A stretch of 62,420 nt of DNA from Candidatus Magasanikiibacteriota bacterium (lineage in GTDB: Bacteria; Patescibacteriota; Patescibacteriia; Magasanikbacterales; UBA922): NCBI GenBank assembly GCA_018652595.1, contig JABIBU010000008.1, positions 1 through 62,420 of the forward strand, in the 5' to 3' direction. Shown piece after piece: positions 44,497 through 55,715 of this stretch. The first letter of the stretch is position 1. Each line of letters begins with the position of its first letter. The notes under the pieces are model-generated. The model was not told the DNA's origin. It saw nothing but the letters and a program-made list of their open reading frames with translations, and did no database searches. The position numbers and the translations under genes are program-made.

Positions 44497-45216
44497 TTAC
44501 TTTTGCTTAACAAAATTATTTCTATCTCTTTTTTGGGGTCCTTTTTTATTTGCTTCTTCTGTAACTGCAAACTTATCTTTTCTACCAAAAACCTCACCAT
44601 GATAGACCCAAACCTTAATTCCGATCACACCATATATAGTGTGGGCTTCTACAAAAAAGTAATCAACATCACTACGCAATGTAATAAGTGGTACCTTTCC
44701 AGCTGACAAAGTCTCACGGCGAGCAATTTCTACACCATTTAAACGTCCGGACAACATAATTTTTATACCCTTTGCGCCAGCCTTCATCACTCTATCCCTA
44801 CTTTGTTTCATTACTCTGCGAAAAGGAATACGGCGTTCAATATCACTAGCAATAGTCTGAGCTATAACAGCAGCAGACAGTGCTGGAGATTTTACTTCTC
44901 TTACGTTTAGCTTAGCCTTCAAAGACATTTTCAAAAACTTTCTTTCAATTTCTTTTCTAATTTCATCAATACCCTTACCACCACGGCCGATTATAAAACC
45001 TGGCTTGGCAGCTAGAATAGTAATGGTCATATCCTTTGCACCACGCTCAACACTAATAGCATCAATATTCGCATCTTTGAATTTCTTTACCAAAAACTCA
45101 CGGATTTTTATATCTTGCTCAGCAAATTGAGAGTAATTATTTTTTGAGTACCATTTGGAATCCCAAGTATAAATTACCTGTGTTCTGTGAATTTTCGGAT
45201 GGACTTTATGACCCAT
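44497..45216 (-). CDS. rpsC: 30S ribosomal protein uS3
   Basis: [33 protein letters not shown]. Confidence 0.97.
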   Translation of the reverse strand: MGHKVHPKIHRTQVIYTWDSKWYSKNNYSQFAEQDIKIREFLVKKFKDANIDAISVERGAKDMTITILAAKPGFIIGRGGKGIDEIRKEIERKFLKMSLKAKLNVREVKSPALSAAVIAQTIASDIERRIPFRRVMKQSRDRVMKAGAKGIKIMLSGRLNGVEIARRETLSAGKVPLITLRSDVDYFFVEAHTIYGVIGIKVWVYHGEVFGRKDKFAVTEEANKKGPQKRDRNNFVKQK

Positions 45217-45225
45217 AGTGACAAA

Positions 45226-45651
45226 TTATTTATTATCTTTATCTTCTTTTGTTTTCTTTTCTTTTTTAGCTTCAGTTGTTTTTTTATCCTTCTTAGTTTT
45301 CTTTTCTTCCACTTCACCCTCTAATACCAAAGTAATATGAGAACTTCTCTTACGAAGAGGAGTAGCTCTACCCATAGCACGTGGCATCCAACGGTGCAAT
45401 GTTGCACCTTCATCTACCATAGCTTCTTTGATTACTAGAGTTTCAACTTTCATTTCATGATTGTGCTTTGAATTGGCAACAGCTGAGTTCAACAATTTTA
45501 GCACTGGACGAGCTGCTGATTTTTTGGAATTCTCCAACTGAACAACAGCATCCTCTACTTTTGAACCACGAATAAGGCCAATTACCAAACGTACTTTGCG
45601 TGGTGCTATTCTCAAGTGTTTTAATTTTGCAACTGCTATTGCTTTTTCCAT
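45226..45651 (-). CDS. rplV: 50S ribosomal protein uL22 with K-rich C-tail
   Basis: [25 protein letters not shown]. Confidence 0.96.
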   Translation of the reverse strand: MEKAIAVAKLKHLRIAPRKVRLVIGLIRGSKVEDAVVQLENSKKSAARPVLKLLNSAVANSKHNHEMKVETLVIKEAMVDEGATLHRWMPRAMGRATPLRKRSSHITLVLEGEVEEKKTKKDKKTTEAKKEKKTKEDKDNK

Positions 45652-45659
45652 ATAGATTA

Positions 45660-45941
45660 TTATTTAGCTTGTTGTTTGGCCATCTTACCACCATGACTAA
45701 CAAATTTCTTGGTTGGAGAAAATTCACCCAACTTATGACCTACCATGTTTTCTTCTACAAAAATGTTTATAAAATCTTTTCCATTATGCACTAAGAATGT
45801 CATTCCAACCATTTCTGGAACAATAGTAGAAGCTCTAGCCCAAGTCTTAATTGGCTTGCTATCATTATTTTCTTTTGCTTTTGAGACCTTTTTTGCTAAT
45901 TTTTCATCAATATAAGGTCCTTTTTTCAAACTACGTGACAT
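45660..45941 (-). CDS. rpsS: 30S ribosomal protein uS19
   Basis: [26 protein letters not shown]. Confidence 0.97.
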   Translation of the reverse strand: MSRSLKKGPYIDEKLAKKVSKAKENNDSKPIKTWARASTIVPEMVGMTFLVHNGKDFINIFVEENMVGHKLGEFSPTKKFVSHGGKMAKQQAK

Positions 45942-45975
45942 AATCAAAGATTAACTTTTTATAATTTATTACTTT

Positions 45976-46821
45976 TTATCTTTTTTTACTCTTTCTCCCC
46001 TTTACAACAAACTTATCACTCCATTTACCTTTTTTACGAGTCTTTACACCCATAGCTTTCTTACCCCACTTGGTCTTAGGCCCACCTCTTAGTCCAATTG
46101 GACTATGACCTTCACCACCACCATGAGGGTGATCTACTGGGTTCATGTTTTTACCCTTTACAATAGGTCTCCAGCCTAACATTCTTCTTCTACCAGCCTT
46201 ACCCCACCTAATCAGACGATAGTCTGGATTACTTACCATACCAACAGTAGCAAAAGATTCTTTTTGTATTAATCGAACTTCACCAGAAGGTAGCTTCATT
46301 TGAGCATACTTTCCTTCAATCACTTGCAACTGAGCACCATTTCCGGCACCACGCACAATTTGTCCGCCTTTTCCAGGAGTAAGCTCTACATTGTAAACAA
46401 ATAAACCAACAGGTATTTTTTCCAAAGGCATGCGATTACCAGTAGTGGCCTCTACACCCTCTTTACTACAAACTATCTTTTGACCCACTTCTATCCCCTG
46501 TGGGGCTAGGTAGTAAGCTTTTTTACCTGCCTCGCTCTGCACCATCATGATACGAGCATTACGATTTGGATCGTATTCAATTGTCTTTACTTCAAATTCA
46601 ACATCGAGATCATAGCGCTTAAAATCTACCACTCTATACAATTTTTTTACACCACCACCACGATGTCTAACAGTAATTTTCCCTTGATTATTACGGCCAG
46701 CCTTGCTCTTCATAGGAGCAATCAATGACTTTTCAGGACGTTTTTTTGTTATATCAGAAAAATCTTGCACACTTGATTTGCGTCTTCCTGGGGTAGTTGG
46801 TTTGTAAACTTTTACTGCCAT
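45976..46821 (-). CDS. rplB: 50S ribosomal protein uL2
   Basis: GRNNQGKITVRHRGGG, EYDPNR, MNPVDHPHGGGEG. Confidence 0.98.
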   Translation of the reverse strand: MAVKVYKPTTPGRRKSSVQDFSDITKKRPEKSLIAPMKSKAGRNNQGKITVRHRGGGVKKLYRVVDFKRYDLDVEFEVKTIEYDPNRNARIMMVQSEAGKKAYYLAPQGIEVGQKIVCSKEGVEATTGNRMPLEKIPVGLFVYNVELTPGKGGQIVRGAGNGAQLQVIEGKYAQMKLPSGEVRLIQKESFATVGMVSNPDYRLIRWGKAGRRRMLGWRPIVKGKNMNPVDHPHGGGEGHSPIGLRGGPKTKWGKKAMGVKTRKKGKWSDKFVVKGRKSKKR

Positions 46822-46914
46822 ATCTTTTTAGGTATTTAGGTACTTAGATATCTAGGTTTTAGGTATTGAGCTGTTAGTTTCCTAAACAACCTAATACCTA
46901 AAACCTATAACCTC

Positions 46915-47355
46915 TTAAACTCCTTCGTGAATACTTATGCTCTGCCCCTTTGGCAAAGTAGCAATAGCCTTTTTCCAATCACTGCGTCTACCACGATTTC
47001 TACCATAACGCTTTGCTTTTCCTTCCATATTCATTACTCGAACCTTTTTTGGTTCTACTCCGTAAACTTGCTTTACTGCATTTCTTATTTCAATCTTAGT
47101 AGCTGTATCTTTTACTACAAAAGTATAAATACCATTTGTTTCAGCAATAGCTGCTTTTTCACTAATAAATGGTCTTACCAAAACTTTTCCAGCATCATTC
47201 TTATTAGATTTCTTTGTAACTTTTTTCGTAACAGTTTTACTTTCTGATTCTTTTGAGATAACCTTCTTTTCGTCTTCTTTTACAACAGAAGATACAGGCT
47301 TTGAATCCTTTACCTTATCTTCTTTTTTGATTTTCAATTTACCAAGTAATCCCAT
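46915..47355 (-). CDS. rplW: 50S ribosomal protein uL23 with an N-terminal K/S/E-rich extension
   Basis: RPFISEKA, YTF.V, K.EI..AV...YGV, WKKAI.TL. Confidence 0.93.
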   Translation of the reverse strand: MGLLGKLKIKKEDKVKDSKPVSSVVKEDEKKVISKESESKTVTKKVTKKSNKNDAGKVLVRPFISEKAAIAETNGIYTFVVKDTATKIEIRNAVKQVYGVEPKKVRVMNMEGKAKRYGRNRGRRSDWKKAIATLPKGQSISIHEGV

Positions 47356-47359
47356 ATAA

Positions 47360-47986
47360 TTATTTCAAACGATTTTCTAAAACTTCTAAACCTTTTTTTG
47401 TGATAACAACATATTGATGATTTAACAAATCTACTACATTCACATCCTTTGCTTGCTGCATATCAAACTTTACTATATTACGAGTAGCTAGATTTACTTT
47501 TTCATTTACTTTTGGAGTCAAAAATATTGTAGTTCTTCCCATACCTGGCAAAGCTTCTCTAAGTTTTGCAACTTCTTTGGCCTTACCATCAGTAGGCATA
47601 TCTTCCAAAACGACAAATTTATCATTAATAGCTTTGTCAGAAAGACACATCTTTACTGCCAGTTGATTCATTTTTTTATTAATCTTTTGTTTGTAATTTC
47701 TTGTCTTGAGTGGACCAAAAGTTACACCACCACCCACCCAAAGAGGTGAACGAATAGAACCGTGACGAGCGCGACCAGTACCTTTTTGTTTCCAAGGCTT
47801 GCGACCACCACCACGTACTTCTGATTTATCTTTGGTATGTGCCCAAGGTTGTCGTGCATTTGCAGTAAGAGCAGTATACACTTGGTGAACAACAGATTTT
47901 TTTACTTCTACACCAAAAATATCTACATTCAAATCAATAGTTCCTGTCTCTTTTCCTTGTTTATTGTATAGCTTAACTTTTGGCAT
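47360..47986 (-). CDS. rplD: 50S ribosomal protein uL4
   Basis: TKDKSEVRGGGRKPWKQKGTGRARHGS. Confidence 0.97.
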   Translation of the reverse strand: MPKVKLYNKQGKETGTIDLNVDIFGVEVKKSVVHQVYTALTANARQPWAHTKDKSEVRGGGRKPWKQKGTGRARHGSIRSPLWVGGGVTFGPLKTRNYKQKINKKMNQLAVKMCLSDKAINDKFVVLEDMPTDGKAKEVAKLREALPGMGRTTIFLTPKVNEKVNLATRNIVKFDMQQAKDVNVVDLLNHQYVVITKKGLEVLENRLK

Positions 47987-47996
47987 AATACTATAA

Positions 47997-48833
47997 TTAA
48001 TTGGCTTTTTCTTCTTTAGTATCTTCTTTTGTGTCCTCTACTTTTCCTTCCTTCACTTCTTCTTTTGGTTCTTCAGTTAATTCTTCAACTTTTTCTTCTG
48101 GTTTTACTCCGGCCTCTTCTATCACCTTTTCTATCACCTCTTCTACTTTCTCTACTTCTTTTTCATTTTTTAACATGTTTTTCAAATTTTCTACTTCAAA
48201 ATTACTTTCTGCAGTAGAAATAAACAAAATTCCATTTCTTGCACCAGGTACAGCTCCTTTTATAAAAAGAATATTTTCTTCTGGTTTTATTTCAACAATT
48301 TCCAAATTCTTTACAGTAACTTTATCATCTCCCATATGGCCACCCATACGAGTGCCCTTGAAAACTCTAGCAGCATCGGTAGCACCAATAGAACCAGGCA
48401 TGCGTAATTGATCTTTGTGACCATGACTAGCAGGAGAACCATGAAAACCATGTCTCTTTACTACACCTTGGAAACCTTTACCTTTGGATCTACCTATTAC
48501 TTGCACTTTTTCACCTTGCTTAAAAGCATCAATAGTAATAACATGACCTTTTTCCAATTTGGAACCCTCTTCTATTTTAAAATCTACCATACCTCTCACT
48601 GTTGCTGTATCATCCCATTTTATATCTTTCAAGTGTCCTTTGGTAGGCTTGTTTATTCTAAAAAACTTTTGTTTTCCATAACCAACTTGGATGGAATCTA
48701 ACCCATCTTTTTGCTTATTCTTTACTTGTGTTACCACACAAGGGTTGGTCTCTACACGAGTGACTGGCACGACCATTCCGTCGGCACCAAACACCTGAGT
48801 CATATCGAGTTTTTTTCCAACTATGAATTTCAT
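47997..48833 (-). CDS. rplC: 50S ribosomal protein uL3 with an acidic C-terminal extension
   Basis: GKK..MTQ, SKGKGFQGVVKRHGF, PGSIG, RMGGHMG. Confidence 0.97.
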   Translation of the reverse strand: MKFIVGKKLDMTQVFGADGMVVPVTRVETNPCVVTQVKNKQKDGLDSIQVGYGKQKFFRINKPTKGHLKDIKWDDTATVRGMVDFKIEEGSKLEKGHVITIDAFKQGEKVQVIGRSKGKGFQGVVKRHGFHGSPASHGHKDQLRMPGSIGATDAARVFKGTRMGGHMGDDKVTVKNLEIVEIKPEENILFIKGAVPGARNGILFISTAESNFEVENLKNMLKNEKEVEKVEEVIEKVIEEAGVKPEEKVEELTEEPKEEVKEGKVEDTKEDTKEEKAN

Positions 48834-49110
48834 AATATCTTATTTTATTCTCTGGTCTTTTTTTAACAAAAAACTAGAAGCGCGAAACACCTTTACTATA
48901 TAGCAAACAAAGTGATTCTCGCCTCTAGCCTTTAAATCCTGTCTGATAGGTTTTAATGGCTTTAAATTTATTTAAGTATTTTACACCTCTTAATATATCT
49001 ACCTGCTCGTACAGATGTTTTTTCTAGTAAAAGAAATCTTATCTGACTCACTGTTAGATACGTAATATATATAACGGCACTATTTTAACGCAAATAAAAC
49101 TAACTGTCAA
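48834..49110 (-). promoter_or_regulatory. Internal promoter and structured leader between rpsJ and rplC
   Basis: TTGACA(49110-49105)-17-TAAAAT(49087-49082); long hairpin 48928-48874 followed by a U-tract. Confidence 0.55.
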
Positions 49111-49139
49111 GGGCTAAACTAACACTTTATCCACACTAA

Positions 49140-49493
49140 CTAGCTCATCTTGATCTCTATGTCCACACCACTAGGCAAATTCAAATTCATCAAGGCATCA
49201 ATTGCTTTTGGATTAGGATTTACAATATCAATCAAACGCTTGTGAGTACGCATTTCATACTGTTCTGAAGAAGTCTTGTGCACAAAAGTAGAACGTCCTA
49301 CACTAAACTTACTTTTTTCAGTTGGCAAAGGTACTGGGCCTACAACTTTGGCACTATTGCGCTCTGCAGTATCAATGATAGTCTTAGTAGCCTTATCGAT
49401 AATTTTGTTATCGTAAGCTCTAATTTTTATTCTTACTTTTTGTTTTACGTCTTCCTTTTTTTCAGTTGTTTTAGTTGCGTTGTCTGTTGTCAT
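49140..49493 (-). CDS. rpsJ: 30S ribosomal protein uS10
   Basis: [29 protein letters not shown]. Confidence 0.97.
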   Translation of the reverse strand: MTTDNATKTTEKKEDVKQKVRIKIRAYDNKIIDKATKTIIDTAERNSAKVVGPVPLPTEKSKFSVGRSTFVHKTSSEQYEMRTHKRLIDIVNPNPKAIDALMNLNLPSGVDIEIKMS

Positions 49494-49555
49494 ATTTATA
49501 AAAGAACTTATAAGAAAGCTAAGAGGGGTCCAATTTGGACCCCTCTGCTTTTAAT

Positions 49556-50746
49556 TTAATTGATAATCTTGGTTACTACACCAGAAGCTACTGTTCTACC
49601 ACCCTCACGGATAGCAAAACGCATCTTATCTTCCAAAGCGACAGGTACGATCATCTTGATATTCAAGTTGATAGTATCACCTGGCATTACCATTTCTGTT
49701 CCTTCTGGTAAAGAAACTTCACCAGTTACATCAGTAGTACGGATGTAAAACTGTGGTTTATAGCCTTTGAAAAATGGTTTGTGACGACCGCCTTCTTCTT
49801 TTGTAAGAGCATATACTTCTGCTTCAAACTCAGTATGAGGCTTAATTGTACCTGGCTTAGACAAAACTTGACCACGCTGTACTTCGTCTTTTTTTGTACC
49901 ACGAAGCAAAATTCCAGCATTGTCCCCAGCTTCACCACGTTGTAGATTCTTGTTAAACATCTCTACACCAGTAACAGTTGTTTTGGTAACTTCACTTCCC
50001 ATACCTACCATTTCTACTTCATCACCAACATTGATAACACCACGATCGATTTTACCAGTTACTACTGTACCACGACCCTCAATTGAAAATACATCTTCAA
50101 TTGGCATCATGAAATCTTTATCAAGATCACGTTCTGGTTGTGGAATATAGTCATCCAATGTTTTTAACAAGTCCATTATAGGTTGAGAGTTAGCATCATC
50201 TTCTGGATTTTCTACAGCTTTCAAAGCTGAACCGCGGATAATAGGAGTAGTATCTCCTGGGAAATCATATTTCTTTAGAAGATCCTTTACTTCTTCTTCT
50301 ACAAGATCGATAAGCTCTGGATCAGAAACTTGATCAATTTTGTTCAAAAATACGATAATATAAGGTACACCCACTTGGCGAGCCAATAGGATGTGTTCAC
50401 GTGTCTGAGGCATTGGGCCGTCAGCAGCTGAAACAACTAGGATAGCACCGTCCATCTGAGCAGCACCTGTAATCATGTTTTTTACATAATCAGCATGTCC
50501 TGGACAGTCAACGTGAGCATAATGACGAGCTTCGGTTTCATACTCCACATGAGCAGTCGCGATGGTAATACCACGAGCTTTTTCTTCTGGAGCAGCGTCG
50601 ATTTCGTCAACACCCTTGGTTTGAGCGATCAAACCCTTAGAAGCGGCTACCTTTAGGATAGCAGCTGTCAAAGTAGTTTTACCATGATCTACGTGACCAA
50701 TAGTACCTACATTTACGTGTGGCTTTGATCTATCAAAGTCTGCCAT
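49556..50746 (-). CDS. tuf: Elongation factor Tu (probable start 50746)
   Basis: [33 protein letters not shown]; own promoter TTGACT(50905-50900)-17-TATAAT(50882-50877). Confidence 0.98.
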   Translation of the reverse strand: MADFDRSKPHVNVGTIGHVDHGKTTLTAAILKVAASKGLIAQTKGVDEIDAAPEEKARGITIATAHVEYETEARHYAHVDCPGHADYVKNMITGAAQMDGAILVVSAADGPMPQTREHILLARQVGVPYIIVFLNKIDQVSDPELIDLVEEEVKDLLKKYDFPGDTTPIIRGSALKAVENPEDDANSQPIMDLLKTLDDYIPQPERDLDKDFMMPIEDVFSIEGRGTVVTGKIDRGVINVGDEVEMVGMGSEVTKTTVTGVEMFNKNLQRGEAGDNAGILLRGTKKDEVQRGQVLSKPGTIKPHTEFEAEVYALTKEEGGRHKPFFKGYKPQFYIRTTDVTGEVSLPEGTEMVMPGDTINLNIKMIVPVALEDKMRFAIREGGRTVASGVVTKIIN

Positions 50747-50995
50747 ACGTCTTAAGATTCCCCGCACTACTCACGAGTGGTCGTAGTAGTTTTGTAATCC
50801 AGCGGTTTTACTCTATTTTTTGGCTTTATTTAGCCAAATATATTATTAAAAATGTGCGCCATTACAACGCTCCATCATTATACACTGTTTGATAAAGTTA
50901 GTCAAGGGGTGGAGTGGGGATAGATTGTGGGTTGTTTTTACAAAAAATACCCACCTGATGATGAATATTTAATAGTGTTTAAATGTTTATGGCAC

Positions 50996-51718
50996 TTAGA
51001 CCGGTTCCTCATAAAATACAGGTTCATCATCATCTTCTAATGGCTCTTCATCCCAACTCTCGCCTTCTAAATCTTGATTCAAAAAAGGAATATCTATTTT
51101 TGAACCTTCAATCTGCGAAAAATCAATATCAAATGGAATATCCTCTACCTTTATTTCATCTTCCAAATCTTCCTCTTTTGACAATTCAACATCACCTTCT
51201 AAAAAATCATTTGCATCAGCCAAACTATCAACACCAAAATCAAAGTCATCTTCTTCTATTTCATTCTCAAGTTCACTGGTTTCATCTTCATGAAAATCAC
51301 TATATCTATTACCTAATACACTACCAGCTCTAGACCACGGGTCTCGCCCACCAGTCAAATCTTCTGGATGGTTGTGCCAGTCAGCAGGATGATAATCCTG
51401 TTCGGCAAATGGGTCAAATGGGGATTCCTCAGAAAATTCATCTTCCATTGTTATTTCTCTATTCCACTCTTCTTCCTCTTCTTTTTCAGATCTCCAGATA
51501 GCAATATCACGATTTATTTGATCCAACATCTGATCTGATGACAAATCTCTTACATCAAAGCCACGAAAACCACTATTACCTTGATTATCCAGTAATTTTT
51601 CATACTCATCCACACTCATAATAACCGTATTTTGGTCTTCAATTGGATTGTGAACAATCAATCTATCCCCTGTCCTCTGGGCAAGGTCGATCAAACGATT
51701 ATAAGAATAATGGCACAT
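50996..51718 (-). CDS. Hypothetical highly acidic protein
   Basis: Long ORF; D/E-rich, probably disordered C-terminal two thirds ending FYEEPV. Confidence 0.7.
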   Translation of the reverse strand: MCHYSYNRLIDLAQRTGDRLIVHNPIEDQNTVIMSVDEYEKLLDNQGNSGFRGFDVRDLSSDQMLDQINRDIAIWRSEKEEEEEWNREITMEDEFSEESPFDPFAEQDYHPADWHNHPEDLTGGRDPWSRAGSVLGNRYSDFHEDETSELENEIEEDDFDFGVDSLADANDFLEGDVELSKEEDLEDEIKVEDIPFDIDFSQIEGSKIDIPFLNQDLEGESWDEEPLEDDDEPVFYEEPV

Positions 51719-52323
51719 AAAAATTTATTTTATTTAGTATTGTTGTAATTATAACTCTTATTAAAAATGTCGTCAAGACAATATTTACGGATTACGAATA
51801 ATCCTGATTTACTGATAATTCATATTGTATACCAACATTACACCTGAACCAAATAAAAAATAAATTAGAAAAAAAATCATAGTACAAACTTGGGGGTTTG
51901 GGAGTAAAACTGTTTGAGCCCCCATTCTTCTGCGAGATATATTATCATAGTGGCAATGGGGCGAGTTTTTTACCCTCAAAACTTTTTGTTACTTTTTGGT
52001 TACAAAAAGTAAAGGCACTGATGTCGCATAAGATATTATTTAAGTTGGGTTATTATTTAGATTATTTATAATTAAAAATCTTTCTTCAAGTTTCTCCAGC
52101 CCCCCTCACCGACTGACGTCGTGTGCTCCCACCGATAGAGAGAGTTTAAAAAAACAAAAACCACCCAAAATAAATTGGATGGTTTTTTAATATTTACTAC
52201 AAAAACGTGACAAAGATCAGTGAAACGTCTACTGATAATCTGATCCCGATTTATCATGTAATTATAAATAACTAAATGATCGGAACCAACTTTCTTGAAT
52301 CCAACTTCCGTTGGATTATCTCC

Positions 52324-53820
<1,497 letters not shown>

Positions 53821-54197
53821 ATGTGAAACAAGATTATTGTTTCACTGGCTATCATCACGACAGCCGATGAGAATTATCTCCAAATAAATTTGGAGTTATT
53901 GACTCTAATTGTTTTTTGATTTGAATAGACGTTCACATGTTATGTAGTCCCGTAGGATTGTACACAACTTAGATCTTTGTCACATTTTTATAGTGAACTT
54001 TTTTATGAACCTTTATACTTGATATGTATGGTTGTTGTATATTCAATTGTAATGTACGTCTTTCTACTATCTTGTACTGTCGTAGAAAGAAAAAAGAGGT
54101 ACCCAATTTTGAGTCGCTCTTTTTTCTCTCCAGTCTCTCGACTTAGTCGAGACTTAGAAAAAGATGGGTTGTGTAAAGCTTATTTAATTGCTTCCCA

Positions 54198-54226
54198 CAT
54201 TGTATACCATTCTAGAACCCTTGTCA
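54198..54226 (-). promoter_or_regulatory. Probable rrs promoter
   Basis: TTGACA-17-TACAAT about 375 nt upstream of the 16S 5' end. Confidence 0.6.
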
Positions 54227-54333
54227 AGAGAAGATATACACATAACTGTGCATAAAGTACTTAAGCTAACAAATACGCGAGTTAACGAGAAGAAAACTTG
54301 AATACTTGAACACTTGTTAACTTGCAAATCTTA

Positions 54334-55029
54334 CTACTTCGACTGGTCTCTGCGCCACTTTTTGATGAGCCCATGATCCCCACTAAGCAGTACTTCCGGC
54401 ACTTTCCAGCCCTTGAAATCAGATGGTTTGGTGTACTGAGAGTACTCTGCTGACTCCAAAGTATGAGTCTCTTCTTTTAAGGATTCTTCATTTCCTAATA
54501 CTCCTGGAATAAGACGAGACACTGCCTCAATCATTACCAGTGATCCCAATTCTCCACCAGCCAAAACATAAGGTCCAATAGAAACTTCTTCGTCCACCAT
54601 ATTATCTACCACACGCTGATCAATTCCTTCATAACGACCACAGACAAAAGTAATCTCATCAAACTTACTCCACTGCTCTGCAATCCGCTGATCAAACTGT
54701 CGTCCACGAGGTGAAAGTAAAACTGTACGCTTTTTTCTTTTTATATCGCCTGTAAAAATCTTTTTTACTTTGCTTAATCCATCTGCTTTTCGAAATGGAA
54801 TAGCATCCAGGTTTTTTAGAGCCTTAAAAATTGGTTCTGGTTTCATCACCATACCAGGTCCCCCACCATATGGAGTGTCATCCACGGACTTATGTCTGTC
54901 TTCTGTAAAGTCACGAAGATTAACTGGATTGATTTTAATTACCCCAGCTTTTTGTCCACGACCCAAAATACTCTCATTTGAATAGTGAGAGATCAGGTCT
55001 GGAAAAATTGTGATTACATTAAATTTCAT
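54334..55029 (-). CDS. trmD: tRNA (guanine-N1)-methyltransferase (probable start 55029)
   Basis: VITIFP, VDDTPYGGGPGMVMK, LSPRG, CGRYEGIDQR, YVLAGGELG, LLSGDH. Confidence 0.96.
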   Translation of the reverse strand: MKFNVITIFPDLISHYSNESILGRGQKAGVIKINPVNLRDFTEDRHKSVDDTPYGGGPGMVMKPEPIFKALKNLDAIPFRKADGLSKVKKIFTGDIKRKKRTVLLSPRGRQFDQRIAEQWSKFDEITFVCGRYEGIDQRVVDNMVDEEVSIGPYVLAGGELGSLVMIEAVSRLIPGVLGNEESLKEETHTLESAEYSQYTKPSDFKGWKVPEVLLSGDHGLIKKWRRDQSK

Positions 55030-55139
55030 AACTTCTAGATGATACCATATATTTTTATTTTTTTCAAGACCCACACCTTGACATTTTTTAAAAACCATGC
55101 TATGTTACCAGCAACCTGGATACGGAGGATGCCAAGATC

Positions 55140-55379
55140 ATGAGAGAAAAATCACAAACAAAAGAGGAGCTTCTCGAAAACTGCCTCTACCAACTAAGGA
55201 TCAACGAAAGAAGATTCTTCAATCAAAACACTGTTCTATCATCTCTAGGGATTTACTGTTGCACTTCTGTCGCAACTCTCGAAACAGGACTTTCTGTGCA
55301 GTGGATGAGCGACAATTCCACACCAACAGTTCAAGAAGTCGTTGACCAGCTCTGGAACGATTTCTACACCCCAACCTAG
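55140..55379 (+). CDS. Orphan 79-aa protein with own promoter and SD
   Basis: TTGACA(55078-55083)-17-TGn-TATGTT; GGAGG 55124-55128; GC-richer than flanks. Confidence 0.5.
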   Translation: MREKSQTKEELLENCLYQLRINERRFFNQNTVLSSLGIYCCTSVATLETGLSVQWMSDNSTPTVQEVVDQLWNDFYTPT

Positions 55380-55506
55380 CCAACTTACTGGCAATCACCG
55401 CAAACAGGTAGCGGACAACCAACCGCCCGTTCACCTGCCTTAAATCCAAAATATTGGATTTAGAGCAGGGAGGATTACGGGTGGTTTTTTGTTTTTGAAA
55501 TTATTT

Positions 55507-55650
55507 ATCCCCTCCTTGTGGAGGAAGGGCATCTCGTTCTGATCGCAATCAGAACGGGTGGGGTGGTGTTCGCATTAATGCGATACTATTTGCCCACAGA
55601 AATAACCACCCCGCCACTTCGTGTGCGCCCCTCCTCCACAAGGAGGGGAC
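55507..55650. mobile_element. MITE-like element, copy B (inverted relative to copy A)
   Basis: Reverse complement aligns end to end with 37981-38131. Confidence 0.75.
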
Positions 55651-55715
55651 AAAAAAATCCGACCTTTCGATCGGATTTTCAGTGAAATCATTTTATATGT
55701 CAGTGTAATCAGTGT

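Noticed and set aside
40028-50150. Many + strand ORFs opposite ribosomal protein and tuf genes
   Set aside because: F/S/L-rich antisense shadows of K/E-rich genes.
52100-52146. GC-rich stretch in the post-16S spacer resembling a tRNA fragment
   Set aside because: No TTCGA loop or anticodon arm; at most a decayed hairpin repeat.
53823-53845. GTGAAACA-N7-TGTTTCAC resembling parS half-sites
   Set aside because: Half-sites are in the wrong order and spaced; better explained as an RNA hairpin in the 16S leader.
53977-54255. 92-aa + strand ORF
   Set aside because: Antisense to the rrs promoter and leader; low-complexity hydrophobic composition typical of shadow ORFs.
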